Origin: an uncultured bacterium
Lineage (GTDB): Bacteria > Patescibacteriota > Minisyncoccia > Moranbacterales > UBA2206
Length of the DNA: 64,000 bases
Direction of reading: 5' to 3'
Assembly: GCA_903937035.1 (NCBI GenBank)
Contig: CAIZXS010000001.1
Span: 3,247 to 67,246 of the forward strand
Of this stretch, positions 38,164-47,476 are shown piece after piece. Numbering within the stretch: the stretch's first letter is position 1; each line of letters starts with the position of its first letter. Both the position numbers and the translations under genes were made by a program. Under the pieces are notes generated by a model. The model was given only the letters and a program-made list of their open reading frames with translations, did not search any database and was not told where the DNA came from.

Positions 38164-41100
38164 ATGCTAGAGCTTGCCCTGCAATTATTTAGGGGTCAAA
38201 AAAAATGTATACGCAAATTGCTTTTGCTTGTTTTTTTGTTTTCTTTTTTTGCAATTTCTCGCGAAGCAAGTGCTGCTCCCAGCACTGACTCACTTTTGGG
38301 TTATTGGAGATTTGATGGAAATGCCAATGATTTAAGTGAAGATGGAACAACTGGACAACTCGAAGGACCAACAACTTATAGCACCGTTTCCCCTGCTTCT
38401 GGGTCAGCATGCTTAAGCCTTACTGGTATCGATAGCTTTGTGTCTTTCGCGAATCAACCTGATATAACACCATCCTCGGAACTGACTCTTTCTTTCTGGC
38501 TTAATTTACCAAACTACCCAACGGCATCAACAATAATTGCTGGAAATTATTTGGCTTCATATCCAACTAAAGGCTTCTTTTTTACCATAGACCCTTCTAA
38601 TGTTTCATTTTCAATTGGAGACGGAAGCTCAATTCATAGTGTTGTCCGCCCAATAACAGAGATCCCTACCGGGACCTGGGTACTACTCACAGGCACTTGG
38701 AATGGAACAACTTTAAAATTATATAAAAACGCCGAACCCGCCATTAGCTCCGCATCCGGCTCTATAATGTACCCCCCGGGAACACTTTTTCAAGTCGGCA
38801 ATTTCACCGGTAAAATGGATGAGATGCGGTTATACAATCGCGCACTCTCACCAGAAGAAATTGCGGTTTTGACTTCTAAGCAACATCTAACAGCGACCTG
38901 GAATGGAAGTGTTAACTCCTCTTATGAAAACAAAAGCAACTGGACACCGAATGCCGTCCCAGATCCATATTCCCTCGTCACAATAAATAGCGGGACTTAC
39001 CAGCCGGAATTTACATCGGGAACAGCCGAATATATGGCTGGACTGACTATAAACAGCAACGCTTCCTTGGATTTGCATGATTCCAACCTAACTATCAATG
39101 ATTCCGGAATTTTTAATAACAACGGCACGCTAAGCTTAGATAATACGTCCCTTCAACTTCTATCCGGCTTTTCAAATGACATTGACAGCGGAACAATTAA
39201 GATCAACAGCCCGGCAAGTGTCACTGGTCTAAAAACTGGACCCAATTATTATAACCTCACAATCAATGCCGCAACATCAACTACATTAACGCTGGGAGCA
39301 ACAACCACCATCCATGGCAACTTAAACCTAGAAAATGGAAAACTAGACGTTATCCATTCTTCGCCAGACTATGGAATAATTCTTTACGGAAACTGGAATA
39401 GCAGCTCCGTTGACAATTTCAATCCCAGACAAGGCACAGTCTCTCTCGTTGGTACCGACCAGGCGATTAATGGCTCCAATCATTTTTACAATCTCAGTAA
39501 AACCACCTCAACTGCAAACACGCTAACTTTTCAAGCTGGCACAACTCAAAATATCGTCGGCACATTAACTCTTCAGGGAGAGGGGTTAGGAATAGATACG
39601 AACACAAATTTATTATCCTTGCGCTCCTCAGCTACTGATGGGTCAGTCTGGAATATCTATCCTTCGCAGAGTAGCGTAGGTGCTGTTGATGTCAAAGATA
39701 GCACAAACCTAGGGACCACAATTATACTACAAGGTCGCAATGTTAACTCAGGCAATAATACCAACTGGGCATTCGATACCACCCCACCCGTGCTAAGCCT
39801 TTCTGCCGTTGCAACGCCAACTTCAAATAACTTGCAACCAATAACTGGAACGGCTTCGGAAGCCGATGGAACCAATACGACTATCCGCTCTGTTGAATTT
39901 CAAATGGAAACCACTGGCGGCACATGGACAGCCTGCACTGCGGATAATGGTACTTTCAACACTACGACCGAAGCGTTCACCTGCACGCCTGAAGCCCCCC
40001 TACCAGAAGGCCAACACACAATGTACGTCAAGGCAACCGACATAAACAACAACATAACAACACCAAGCACCGCAAGCTTTACAGTTGATGCTTACCACAC
40101 ACTAACTTACACTGCGGGGGCTAATGGAACAATCGCTAGTTCGGGCGGAACAACAGTGGCAAATATCAACACACAAACTATTGCACATAGCACTAATGGC
40201 GCAGCCGTAACAGCTACTCCAAACACGGGTTACCACTTTGCCGGTTGGGATGATAGCAATTCAGAAAACCCCAGGACCGATTCCAACGTCACCGCAGATA
40301 AATCAGTTACGGCTAATTTTGTCATTAACACATACACCGTCACATTTAACAAAACATCTGGCACAACTGATGCTAGTCCCCTGACTAAAACTGCTGACTA
40401 TAATACTTCTGTCACTTCCCTGCCTTCTGCTCCAACCAAGACTGGCTACACATTTGCTGGATGGAATACGATTACTGATGGTTCTGGCACAGCTTTTACT
40501 ACTAGCTCTTCAGTTACAGGAGATATTACGGTTTATGCGCAATGGACCATCAATAATTACACCGTCACATTTAACAAAACATCTGGCACAACTGATGCTA
40601 GTCCCCTGACTAAAACTGCTGACTATAATACTTCTGTCACTTCCCTACCTTCTGCTCCAACCAAGACTGGCTACACATTTGCTGGATGGAATACGATTAC
40701 TGATGGTTCTGGCACAGCTTTTACTACTAGCTCTTCAGTTACAGGAGATATTACGGTTTATGCGCAATGGACGGCCAACACTCACACATTAACCTACACT
40801 GCGGGAGCCAATGGAACAATCACGGGCTCAGCCTCTCAAACCATAAGCCTCGGCGCTTCCGGGACAGCAGTCAGTGCTACAGCCAATGCCAATTATCACT
40901 TTGTCAATTGGAGTGACGGATCAACAGCGAACCCCAGAACAGACACAAATGTGACAAGCAATGTCACAGTGATTGCTAATTTTACACCAAACACGTTCAC
41001 CCTTAAATATAAATGTGACGAGAATGGAAAATTGGATGGCGACACCACGCAAACAATCAAATACAAGGAAGATGGCTCTAAGGTTGAAGCCAAACCAGAT

Positions 41101-42252
41101 ACGGGGTATAAATTCAAAAAATGGAGTGATGGTTCTGATGATGATTCGAGAAAAGATGAAAATATTGATGAAGACCTAACAGTAACAGCCGAGTTTGAAA
41201 AAGAGGAATATACCCTCAAATATGAAGCTGGATCACATGGCAGCATCAATGGCGATACAGAGCAAAAAGTTAAGTACAAAGAAGATGGAGAAGAAATCGT
41301 TGCCGTTCCTGATAATGGTTACCGCTTCTCAGGTTGGAGTGACGGGAAAAATGAAAGAGTCAGAACTGATAACGATATTAAGGAAAATCTCACACTAAGT
41401 GCTAGCTTTGCGCCAGATACAGCTCCAGGCTCCGATGAGTCAAAAACCACCACCCCGCCACCAACCGAAACACCCATCCCGGAGAAAACAACGCCTGCTA
41501 AAATTGACTACAATGGAGAAACTACCCCGAACTGGCAAAGTACCCATTTTGGAGCATCCTTCTGCTATGATGCAACTAAGTGTGGTGGCGCAGCGGACCC
41601 AGACGGCGATGGAATCAGCAACAGTGAAGAATTTAGACTAGGCACAAATCCAACTAAAGCCGACAGTGACCAAGATGGAATTTCCGATAAAACTGAAATT
41701 GAAGAAGGTCATAGCCCAACCAAATCGTCCAAAAACAATAGTGACGACAAGATCAAATTTGAAGACCCAAAAGAAAAAGGTGAAACGAAAAAAGATACGT
41801 ATAGAGTCGATAAGGTAGAATTGGTTTCCTCGGCTGACGGAAAAAAACATCTCAAACTTACTGGAAAGGGATTGCCGAATAGATTTGTCACGGTCTATAT
41901 CCACAGCGATCCAATCGTCCTGACAGTTGAGACAGATGCTGATGGAAATTGGTCCTACACCCTAAACAAAGAATTGGAAAATGGTGACCATGAAGTTTAT
42001 GTCGCTATGACTGATAGCAGCGGAAAAATTTCTGAAAAAAGTGAACCACTAGCGTTCATAAAGACGGCTGAAGCTGTGACCATCATTCCTCCAGCCCAGG
42101 CTGCTGCTGCCAATCGAGCAAAGTCCCCTGTAGAAGCTGGGTACCAAAAAAACCTAATCCTTTCTATCGTTATTGGTATTGGCGGACTACTTCTCGCCAT
42201 CATTACTATCGGATTCATCAAGCACAGAAAAAATGAAAATCGAATAGCCTAA
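38164..42252 (+). CDS. giant surface protein: signal peptide, LamG/ConA-like domain, multiple Listeria-Bacteroides-type repeats, TSP3-like Ca-binding repeats, C-terminal TM anchor
   Basis: N-terminal signal peptide; LamG_3 hallmark ending MDEMRLYNRALSPEEI; about six repeats of the TGYxFxGW...W type; DPDGDGISNSEEF/DSDQDGISDKTEIE; C-terminal TM helix followed by KHRKNENR. Confidence 0.8.
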   Translation: MLELALQLFRGQKKCIRKLLLLVFLFSFFAISREASAAPSTDSLLGYWRFDGNANDLSEDGTTGQLEGPTTYSTVSPASGSACLSLTGIDSFVSFANQPDITPSSELTLSFWLNLPNYPTASTIIAGNYLASYPTKGFFFTIDPSNVSFSIGDGSSIHSVVRPITEIPTGTWVLLTGTWNGTTLKLYKNAEPAISSASGSIMYPPGTLFQVGNFTGKMDEMRLYNRALSPEEIAVLTSKQHLTATWNGSVNSSYENKSNWTPNAVPDPYSLVTINSGTYQPEFTSGTAEYMAGLTINSNASLDLHDSNLTINDSGIFNNNGTLSLDNTSLQLLSGFSNDIDSGTIKINSPASVTGLKTGPNYYNLTINAATSTTLTLGATTTIHGNLNLENGKLDVIHSSPDYGIILYGNWNSSSVDNFNPRQGTVSLVGTDQAINGSNHFYNLSKTTSTANTLTFQAGTTQNIVGTLTLQGEGLGIDTNTNLLSLRSSATDGSVWNIYPSQSSVGAVDVKDSTNLGTTIILQGRNVNSGNNTNWAFDTTPPVLSLSAVATPTSNNLQPITGTASEADGTNTTIRSVEFQMETTGGTWTACTADNGTFNTTTEAFTCTPEAPLPEGQHTMYVKATDINNNITTPSTASFTVDAYHTLTYTAGANGTIASSGGTTVANINTQTIAHSTNGAAVTATPNTGYHFAGWDDSNSENPRTDSNVTADKSVTANFVINTYTVTFNKTSGTTDASPLTKTADYNTSVTSLPSAPTKTGYTFAGWNTITDGSGTAFTTSSSVTGDITVYAQWTINNYTVTFNKTSGTTDASPLTKTADYNTSVTSLPSAPTKTGYTFAGWNTITDGSGTAFTTSSSVTGDITVYAQWTANTHTLTYTAGANGTITGSASQTISLGASGTAVSATANANYHFVNWSDGSTANPRTDTNVTSNVTVIANFTPNTFTLKYKCDENGKLDGDTTQTIKYKEDGSKVEAKPDTGYKFKKWSDGSDDDSRKDENIDEDLTVTAEFEKEEYTLKYEAGSHGSINGDTEQKVKYKEDGEEIVAVPDNGYRFSGWSDGKNERVRTDNDIKENLTLSASFAPDTAPGSDESKTTTPPPTETPIPEKTTPAKIDYNGETTPNWQSTHFGASFCYDATKCGGAADPDGDGISNSEEFRLGTNPTKADSDQDGISDKTEIEEGHSPTKSSKNNSDDKIKFEDPKEKGETKKDTYRVDKVELVSSADGKKHLKLTGKGLPNRFVTVYIHSDPIVLTVETDADGNWSYTLNKELENGDHEVYVAMTDSSGKISEKSEPLAFIKTAEAVTIIPPAQAAAANRAKSPVEAGYQKNLILSIVIGIGGLLLAIITIGFIKHRKNENRIA
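40326..40775 (+). repeat. near-perfect tandem duplication, 2 x 225 bp (75-aa repeat) inside the surface protein gene
   Basis: Copies at about 40326-40550 and 40551-40775 are identical except for a few bases at the copy start and one silent change. They encode ...YTVTFNKTSGTTDASPLTKTADYNTSVTSLPSAPTKTGYTFAGWNTITDGSGTAFTTSSSVTGDITVYAQWT twice. Confidence 0.9.
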
Positions 42253-42291
42253 ATCAATACTCACCCACCATCAACATATCATATAAAAAAA

Positions 42292-42325
42292 TAAGGCCCC
42301 AAAAAGCCTTATTTTTTGTTTTTTT
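42292..42325 (+). terminator. rho-independent terminator after the surface protein gene
   Basis: Stem TAAGGC/GCCTTA with loop CCCAAAAA, followed by TTTTTTGTTTTTTT. Confidence 0.55.
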
Positions 42326-42394
42326 GTACAAAACATTCTTCTTTTTGAAAAAATTTGCTAAACTCTAATTATACTTATTTTTTTACACAATCCT

Positions 42395-43402
42395 ATGCAC
42401 GATGACTTTAAATTACCTCTAGTCAATGCTCACACTCACGCCGCAATGATCGCTTTTCGCGGTCTTGCCGAAGACATGCCACTTCAAAAATGGCTCGAGG
42501 AATACATTTGGCCAGCAGAAAAACAAAGCGTAACGGCTGAATTTGTCTACGCTAAAACCAGAGAAGCCATTCTTGAAATGCAAAAAAATGGCATCAAAGT
42601 TTTCTGTGATATGTATTTTTTTGAAGACGAAGTAGCCCGAGCAGCCAAGGAATTAGGAATGCACGCACTCATTGGAGAAGCAATCCTGGATTTCCCCACG
42701 CCTTCAGCCAAAAATCCTGAAGAGGCTTTTGAAATCACAAAAAAACTTCTAACAAAATATGCCAATGACCCGCTAATAAAAGTGGCGGTCGCTCCCCACT
42801 CGATCTATACAGTTTGCCGAAAAAACTTGCTCAAAGCAAAGGAATTAGCAGAAGAATATAATGCCCCACTGCATATTCACCTCGCAGAAACCAAGCTAGA
42901 ATTTGATGATTGTCTGGAAAAAAATAATCTAACTCCAATCGCCTATCTAGATGAACTTGGCCTCCTGAGCGAAAAATCCATCCTAGCACATTGCGTCTGG
43001 ATAACCGATGAAGATATTGAAATTATGGCAGAGAAAAAAGTCAATGTCGTCCACTGCCCACTGAGCAATCTAAAACTTGGATCAGGAATCGCGCCAGTCA
43101 TAAAAATGCTAGAAAGCGGGATCAATGTCTGCTTGGGAACAGATAGCGCGGCCAGCTCTAATCGACTCGATATCTGGGAAGCAGGCAAATTCGCCGCACT
43201 CTTGCAAAAAGGTGTAAGCCTTGATTCAAGTAAAATCTCGACCAAAGATGTAGTGAAAATGATGACCGTAAACGGCCTCAAAGCTTTGGGGTTTTCTGAA
43301 ATTGATGGCAGAAAAATAACAGAAATGGAAGCAAGGATCAAAAGCACTGATAATTACAACCTCATTTATACATTAAATTCAAATGAGCTTAATTTCAAAT
43401 AA
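42395..43402 (+). CDS. amidohydrolase of the MTA/SAH (adenosine-type) deaminase family, N-terminally short
   Basis: Metal-binding HxH (VNAHTHAAM), HIHLAET, HCPLSN and GTDSAAS motifs typical of MtaD/TM0936-like deaminases. At 335 aa it lacks about 50 N-terminal residues of the canonical beta-sandwich domain. Confidence 0.6.
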   Translation: MHDDFKLPLVNAHTHAAMIAFRGLAEDMPLQKWLEEYIWPAEKQSVTAEFVYAKTREAILEMQKNGIKVFCDMYFFEDEVARAAKELGMHALIGEAILDFPTPSAKNPEEAFEITKKLLTKYANDPLIKVAVAPHSIYTVCRKNLLKAKELAEEYNAPLHIHLAETKLEFDDCLEKNNLTPIAYLDELGLLSEKSILAHCVWITDEDIEIMAEKKVNVVHCPLSNLKLGSGIAPVIKMLESGINVCLGTDSAASSNRLDIWEAGKFAALLQKGVSLDSSKISTKDVVKMMTVNGLKALGFSEIDGRKITEMEARIKSTDNYNLIYTLNSNELNFK

Positions 43403-43407
43403 TACCC

Positions 43408-44598
43408 GTGATCAACAAAAAGCTTTTTTTTACTATTTTCATCCTAATTCTTGCTACCGCAAGTACTGTTTTCTATTTAAACCGCAAAAGGGGAAATACT
43501 GTCCTGCTCATTAATACACAAAGCACGGATACCATTGAAGGTGCGAAAGAAAAAGAAACAGCCAAGGCAATACCCGACGAAAAGACATTTTTCATATCTG
43601 GCTGGCTCCCCTATTGGAGCAAAAAGGCTGGCGCAGATTCGCTTTCTGGAAATCTAGCTTTGTTTTCCGAAATCAATCCCTTTGCCTATGGCGTAAACCA
43701 AGATGGCACTTTGCGCGATACGCTAGACATTAAAAATGCTCCTTGGCCTGAATTGCAAAAAGAAGCGCAAAAAGAAAGTGTTGCCATCGTTCCAACAATT
43801 ATTTGGACTGATGCCCCTGCAATGCATGCAACTTTTTCCGACTCACAAAAATTAGAAAAACACGTCAGTGCCATCTCAACAATGCTCACGCAAAATAATT
43901 TTCCAGGAGTGGACATTGATTATGAAGGCAAAGATGTGGCTGACCGAGATCTCTTTACCACCTTCCTTGAAGCGCTGCATCAAAAATTAGCACCGTTAGG
44001 AAAGACTGTGAGCTGCACTATTGAGGCGCGGATCCAGAATGACCCACCGTCAGACTGGACGGGAACACGAGCAATGAGCTTTGCAAATGACTATCCAGCG
44101 CTCAACCGACTTTGTGATAGCGTGCGAATTATGACCTATGACCAAGTATTCCAAGCGGGTGGCGGGAAAAAAATTTTTGATGATTCTAATGAAACACCTG
44201 CTGCGCCTAACGCCGATATTTATTGGGTAGAAAAAGTGATGCATTATGCATTGCAATACATTTCACCATCCAAGTTAGTAATGGGCGTACCAACTTATGG
44301 TTGGGAATTTAGTATCAAAAAAACCAATTCTGGTTATCACTATGAGAGGATAAGAAGCGTCACCTATCCACAAGCACTGGAAGAAAAAACACAAAGCAAC
44401 GCAAAACAAGAGAGAACTGCTGGCGGAGAACCATTTTTTATCTACACGGCGCCAGATGGAAAGCATTTGGTCACTTTTTCCGACGCCGAAAGTGTGAGGC
44501 AAAAAATTGAACTCGCAAAAACACTTAAAATCAAGGGTGTGAGTCTCTTTAAAGTTGACGGGCAAACTGACCCTAAACTTTTTTCAGAAATCAAATAA
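43408..44598 (+). CDS. glycoside hydrolase family 18-like (chitinase-like) protein, membrane-anchored
   Basis: N-terminal TM segment; GH18 catalytic block GVDIDYEG (DxDxE) and the downstream MTYD motif. Confidence 0.5.
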   Translation: MINKKLFFTIFILILATASTVFYLNRKRGNTVLLINTQSTDTIEGAKEKETAKAIPDEKTFFISGWLPYWSKKAGADSLSGNLALFSEINPFAYGVNQDGTLRDTLDIKNAPWPELQKEAQKESVAIVPTIIWTDAPAMHATFSDSQKLEKHVSAISTMLTQNNFPGVDIDYEGKDVADRDLFTTFLEALHQKLAPLGKTVSCTIEARIQNDPPSDWTGTRAMSFANDYPALNRLCDSVRIMTYDQVFQAGGGKKIFDDSNETPAAPNADIYWVEKVMHYALQYISPSKLVMGVPTYGWEFSIKKTNSGYHYERIRSVTYPQALEEKTQSNAKQERTAGGEPFFIYTAPDGKHLVTFSDAESVRQKIELAKTLKIKGVSLFKVDGQTDPKLFSEIK

Positions 44599-44634
44599 AG
44601 ATGCTCTGGCGGGGCGTCTCTACGAAGTCTCTAT

Positions 44635-45602
44635 AATCACCGTTTTCTATCCAATAGCTTGGAAACAATTAATTAAATAATTTGGCGTTTGAAAATTAAT
44701 TCCCATATGCAATCTTTCCGCATTGTAGTAACTCAGATACTCTGGCAATGCTCGATTAAAGATTTTAACCTTGATCGGTAATTCTCGCAGACACTCATCT
44801 TGCAATGTCCGATTGAATCTTTCCACATAAGAATTATCATTTGGTTTTCGAACGCGAGAATGACGATGTAAAACTTTAATTCTTTCCGAAAAGTGTTGAG
44901 AAAACTCGCTGCCATTATCTGATTGAATACAGTTAAATTTAAACGAAGCTAGCCCCTGTGCTCTTTTTAAAAACGCGACACTCATTCTAGTATTAATTCG
45001 CTCCGTAGCCCAAGCATAACACCAGCGCAAATAGACATCAATCAGAGTGTAGACGTAAATTCGCTTCTTCTCACTGATCATGAGATGAATGGTGTCCTCC
45101 ATCACCAAATCACCAGGCTTCAAGGCCTCTGGACGCTTAGCAGACAAATGCAAACGCTTCCAAGGACTACGTTTCTTTACAAGGCCGGCTTATTCCAGTT
45201 TTCGTTTAACACTATTTAAGCTAACTATGACCCCATCATTTTTCAAATGCTGATGAATCACATCACTGCAACGATTATACTTCTTTTTACATTCAATAAT
45301 CTTTTCTACAACATCCTCTGAGAGCTCTCTTGGGTGATGGTGTGGACGAGAAGATTTAGTGGGAATGTAGTGGATACCGCTGGGCGGTGACTTATGACAC
45401 CACTTACTGACTGCACCCTTGGTGTAGCCGAAATATCTCGCCACTTCCGAAACTGATTTACCGGAGAAAATTATATTAACTGCCCGAGCACGAAGCTTGG
45501 GCATTCTAGGGTTAGTTGTATACATAGGCGGAAACGTTAGAGTTTAACTGGTTATTCTATGCCAGAAAACGTTTCCAAGCTATTGGGCTATTACGGGTGA
45601 TT
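44635..45602. mobile_element. IS481-like insertion sequence (about 970 bp) with imperfect terminal inverted repeats
   Basis: Left end AATCACCGTTTTCTATCCAATAGCTTGGAAAC (44635-44666) matches the reverse complement of the right end (45571-45602, AATCACCCGTAATAGCCCAATAGCTTGGAAAC) with a 16-bp perfect core. It encloses HTH and DDE (rve) transposase reading frames. Confidence 0.65.
44647..45525 (-). pseudogene. IS481-family transposase interrupted by a single in-frame TAA stop
   Basis: The N-terminal HTH ORF (45525-45190) and DDE/rve-core ORF (45153-44647) are in the same frame, separated only by a TAA at 45190-45192. The rve motifs DNGSEF and ERFNRTL are present. Confidence 0.6.
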
Positions 45603-46004
45603 GAAGAAAATAATAGAAGAACTGAGTCCATCAAAAAAGGCACCGAGAAGATTCTTCTTGTTGATGATGAAATTATTGTTTTAGATGTCACAAAAGCACT
45701 ACTTACCCATTTGGAGTATAAAGTTCTTACTGCAAGAAATGGCAAGGCGGCAATAACTCTTTATCAGGAAAATAGGGATATCGATTTAGTTGTTCTGGAT
45801 ATGATTATGCCCAACATGCAAGGAGGTGAATTTTTTGACTCTCTCCGAAAAATCAATCCGACTATCATAGTGCTGCTATCCAGCGGGTATAGTCTGGATG
45901 GACAAGCCCAAAAAATCATGGAAAGGGGCTGTAATGGATTCATCCAAAAACCCTTTAACATAACAGAATTCTCACTGAAAGTCAGAGAGGTTTTGGATAA
46001 ATAA
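45597..46004 (+). CDS. single-domain response regulator (CheY-like receiver); 5' end abuts the IS right inverted repeat
   Basis: REC domain motifs LLVDDE, VLDMIMPNMQG and KPF. There is no ATG upstream of KILLVDDE; the only in-frame start is a GTG inside the IS terminal repeat. Confidence 0.65.
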   Translation: MIEENNRRTESIKKGTEKILLVDDEIIVLDVTKALLTHLEYKVLTARNGKAAITLYQENRDIDLVVLDMIMPNMQGGEFFDSLRKINPTIIVLLSSGYSLDGQAQKIMERGCNGFIQKPFNITEFSLKVREVLDK

Positions 46005-46110
46005 CAATAACTTGTCCCGGTGCCAAGTTTTGGTGCCGGAACATTTTTTTCAAAAGCGCTCTCGTTAGGCGTTTTTTATTTTTGGTTATATAATCAAAGA
46101 GTAAGAATTA

Positions 46111-47466
46111 ATGACAAAATTGATGAAAAATCTTCTATCAAAAGCGCTAACTTTTATCCGCGAAAATCCTAGCATCATCTTCTCCCTTATGCTAGTCGTT
46201 ATCATTCCCGTTGCCTTCTTTGTGAATACCTACATGATAACCAGCAACTTTGAAAAAAACATCGATAAAATCACCCAAAGCAACGCGATTGTTAGTGAGA
46301 ATATTATTAAATTTATCGTTAGCCAACAGATAGAAGACGCAAACTCACTGCAAGAAACAGTTGAAAACATTACGCGCGAAAATGAAAAAATAGTTGAACT
46401 GACTATCCTAAAACCCAATGAAACTCATGAGACTTTTCGCGCAATCGCTTCCACAAACAAAGAACTTCTCGAAAAAAAAGACTCTCCAGATGTTCAGAAT
46501 ACTCTTGCTTGGGGGGAGCCTGGGGGAATCGCATTCCTAGATCAAAATCAAGGTGGTAGATTTTGGAAAGTGACCAAGGCCTTTACGAATTCTTCGGGGG
46601 AAAAAATAGGTCTCGTCTCAATTTCACTTACTCTAAATGACACAGACAAAATGATCGGGGCTACCATAGACCGAGCCTACATAATCCTACTCATTACCAT
46701 ATTAGTAGTCGTCTTATTTGTTTCTAATCAAGCACGTCTTTTTGGCTATGCCCTGACGCTTTCTAAATTAAAAGAAATCGATAAGATGAAAGACACTTTC
46801 ATTTCAATGGCTAGTCATGAACTACGCTCACCACTCACTGCCATCAAGGGTTATTTGGAATTCCTCAGCGAAAAACAAGCGGAAAGTAAAGATGAAGAAA
46901 GCAAGCACTATATTGAGAATATCACTCTTTCTGTCAATCGCCTCGGCACCTTGGTTAATGATATTTTGGAGGTATCTCGCATTGAAGGCAATCAAATTCC
47001 TATTGAGATGACCTCGTTTGATCCTCACCCACTCATCTCTCAATCCATAGAAGAATTACGCTCACAAGCCATCATTAAAAATCTTGAGCTTATCTATGAG
47101 GTCGGTCCACAGTCAACTATTGACTCTGACAAAGAAAGATTTAAACAAGTTTTGGTCAATTTAATCGGCAATGCTATAAAATATACCCAGAAAGGAAACG
47201 TAACCGTTAGTACAAAAATTAAAGACAATGAATATCTGATTACCGTGGCAGACAGTGGAATTGGAATGTCCGCCGAAGATCAGGCCAGACTTTTTGAGAA
47301 ATTCTATCGAATCAAAAATGACAAAACCAAAGACATCGTTGGCACTGGACTTGGGCTTTGGATAACAGCAGAACTTGTTCGTCGAATGAAAGGAAAAATC
47401 ACCATTGAAAGTATCGAGGGAGTCGGATCACATTTCACAATCCATCTTCCGCTTGCTAAGGCATAA
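46111..47466 (+). CDS. sensor histidine kinase
   Basis: N-terminal TM helices, HisKA H-box SMASHELRSPLTAIKGYLEFL and HATPase N/G boxes (NLIGNAIKYT, GTGLGLWI). Confidence 0.8.
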   Translation: MTKLMKNLLSKALTFIRENPSIIFSLMLVVIIPVAFFVNTYMITSNFEKNIDKITQSNAIVSENIIKFIVSQQIEDANSLQETVENITRENEKIVELTILKPNETHETFRAIASTNKELLEKKDSPDVQNTLAWGEPGGIAFLDQNQGGRFWKVTKAFTNSSGEKIGLVSISLTLNDTDKMIGATIDRAYIILLITILVVVLFVSNQARLFGYALTLSKLKEIDKMKDTFISMASHELRSPLTAIKGYLEFLSEKQAESKDEESKHYIENITLSVNRLGTLVNDILEVSRIEGNQIPIEMTSFDPHPLISQSIEELRSQAIIKNLELIYEVGPQSTIDSDKERFKQVLVNLIGNAIKYTQKGNVTVSTKIKDNEYLITVADSGIGMSAEDQARLFEKFYRIKNDKTKDIVGTGLGLWITAELVRRMKGKITIESIEGVGSHFTIHLPLAKA

Positions 47467-47476
47467 CTAAAAAAAC

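Noticed and set aside
44647-45525. Considered whether the in-frame stop in the transposase reflects an alternative genetic code.
   Set aside because: The stop is TAA, not TGA, and all other genes in the window read cleanly in the standard code; a nonsense mutation is the simpler explanation.
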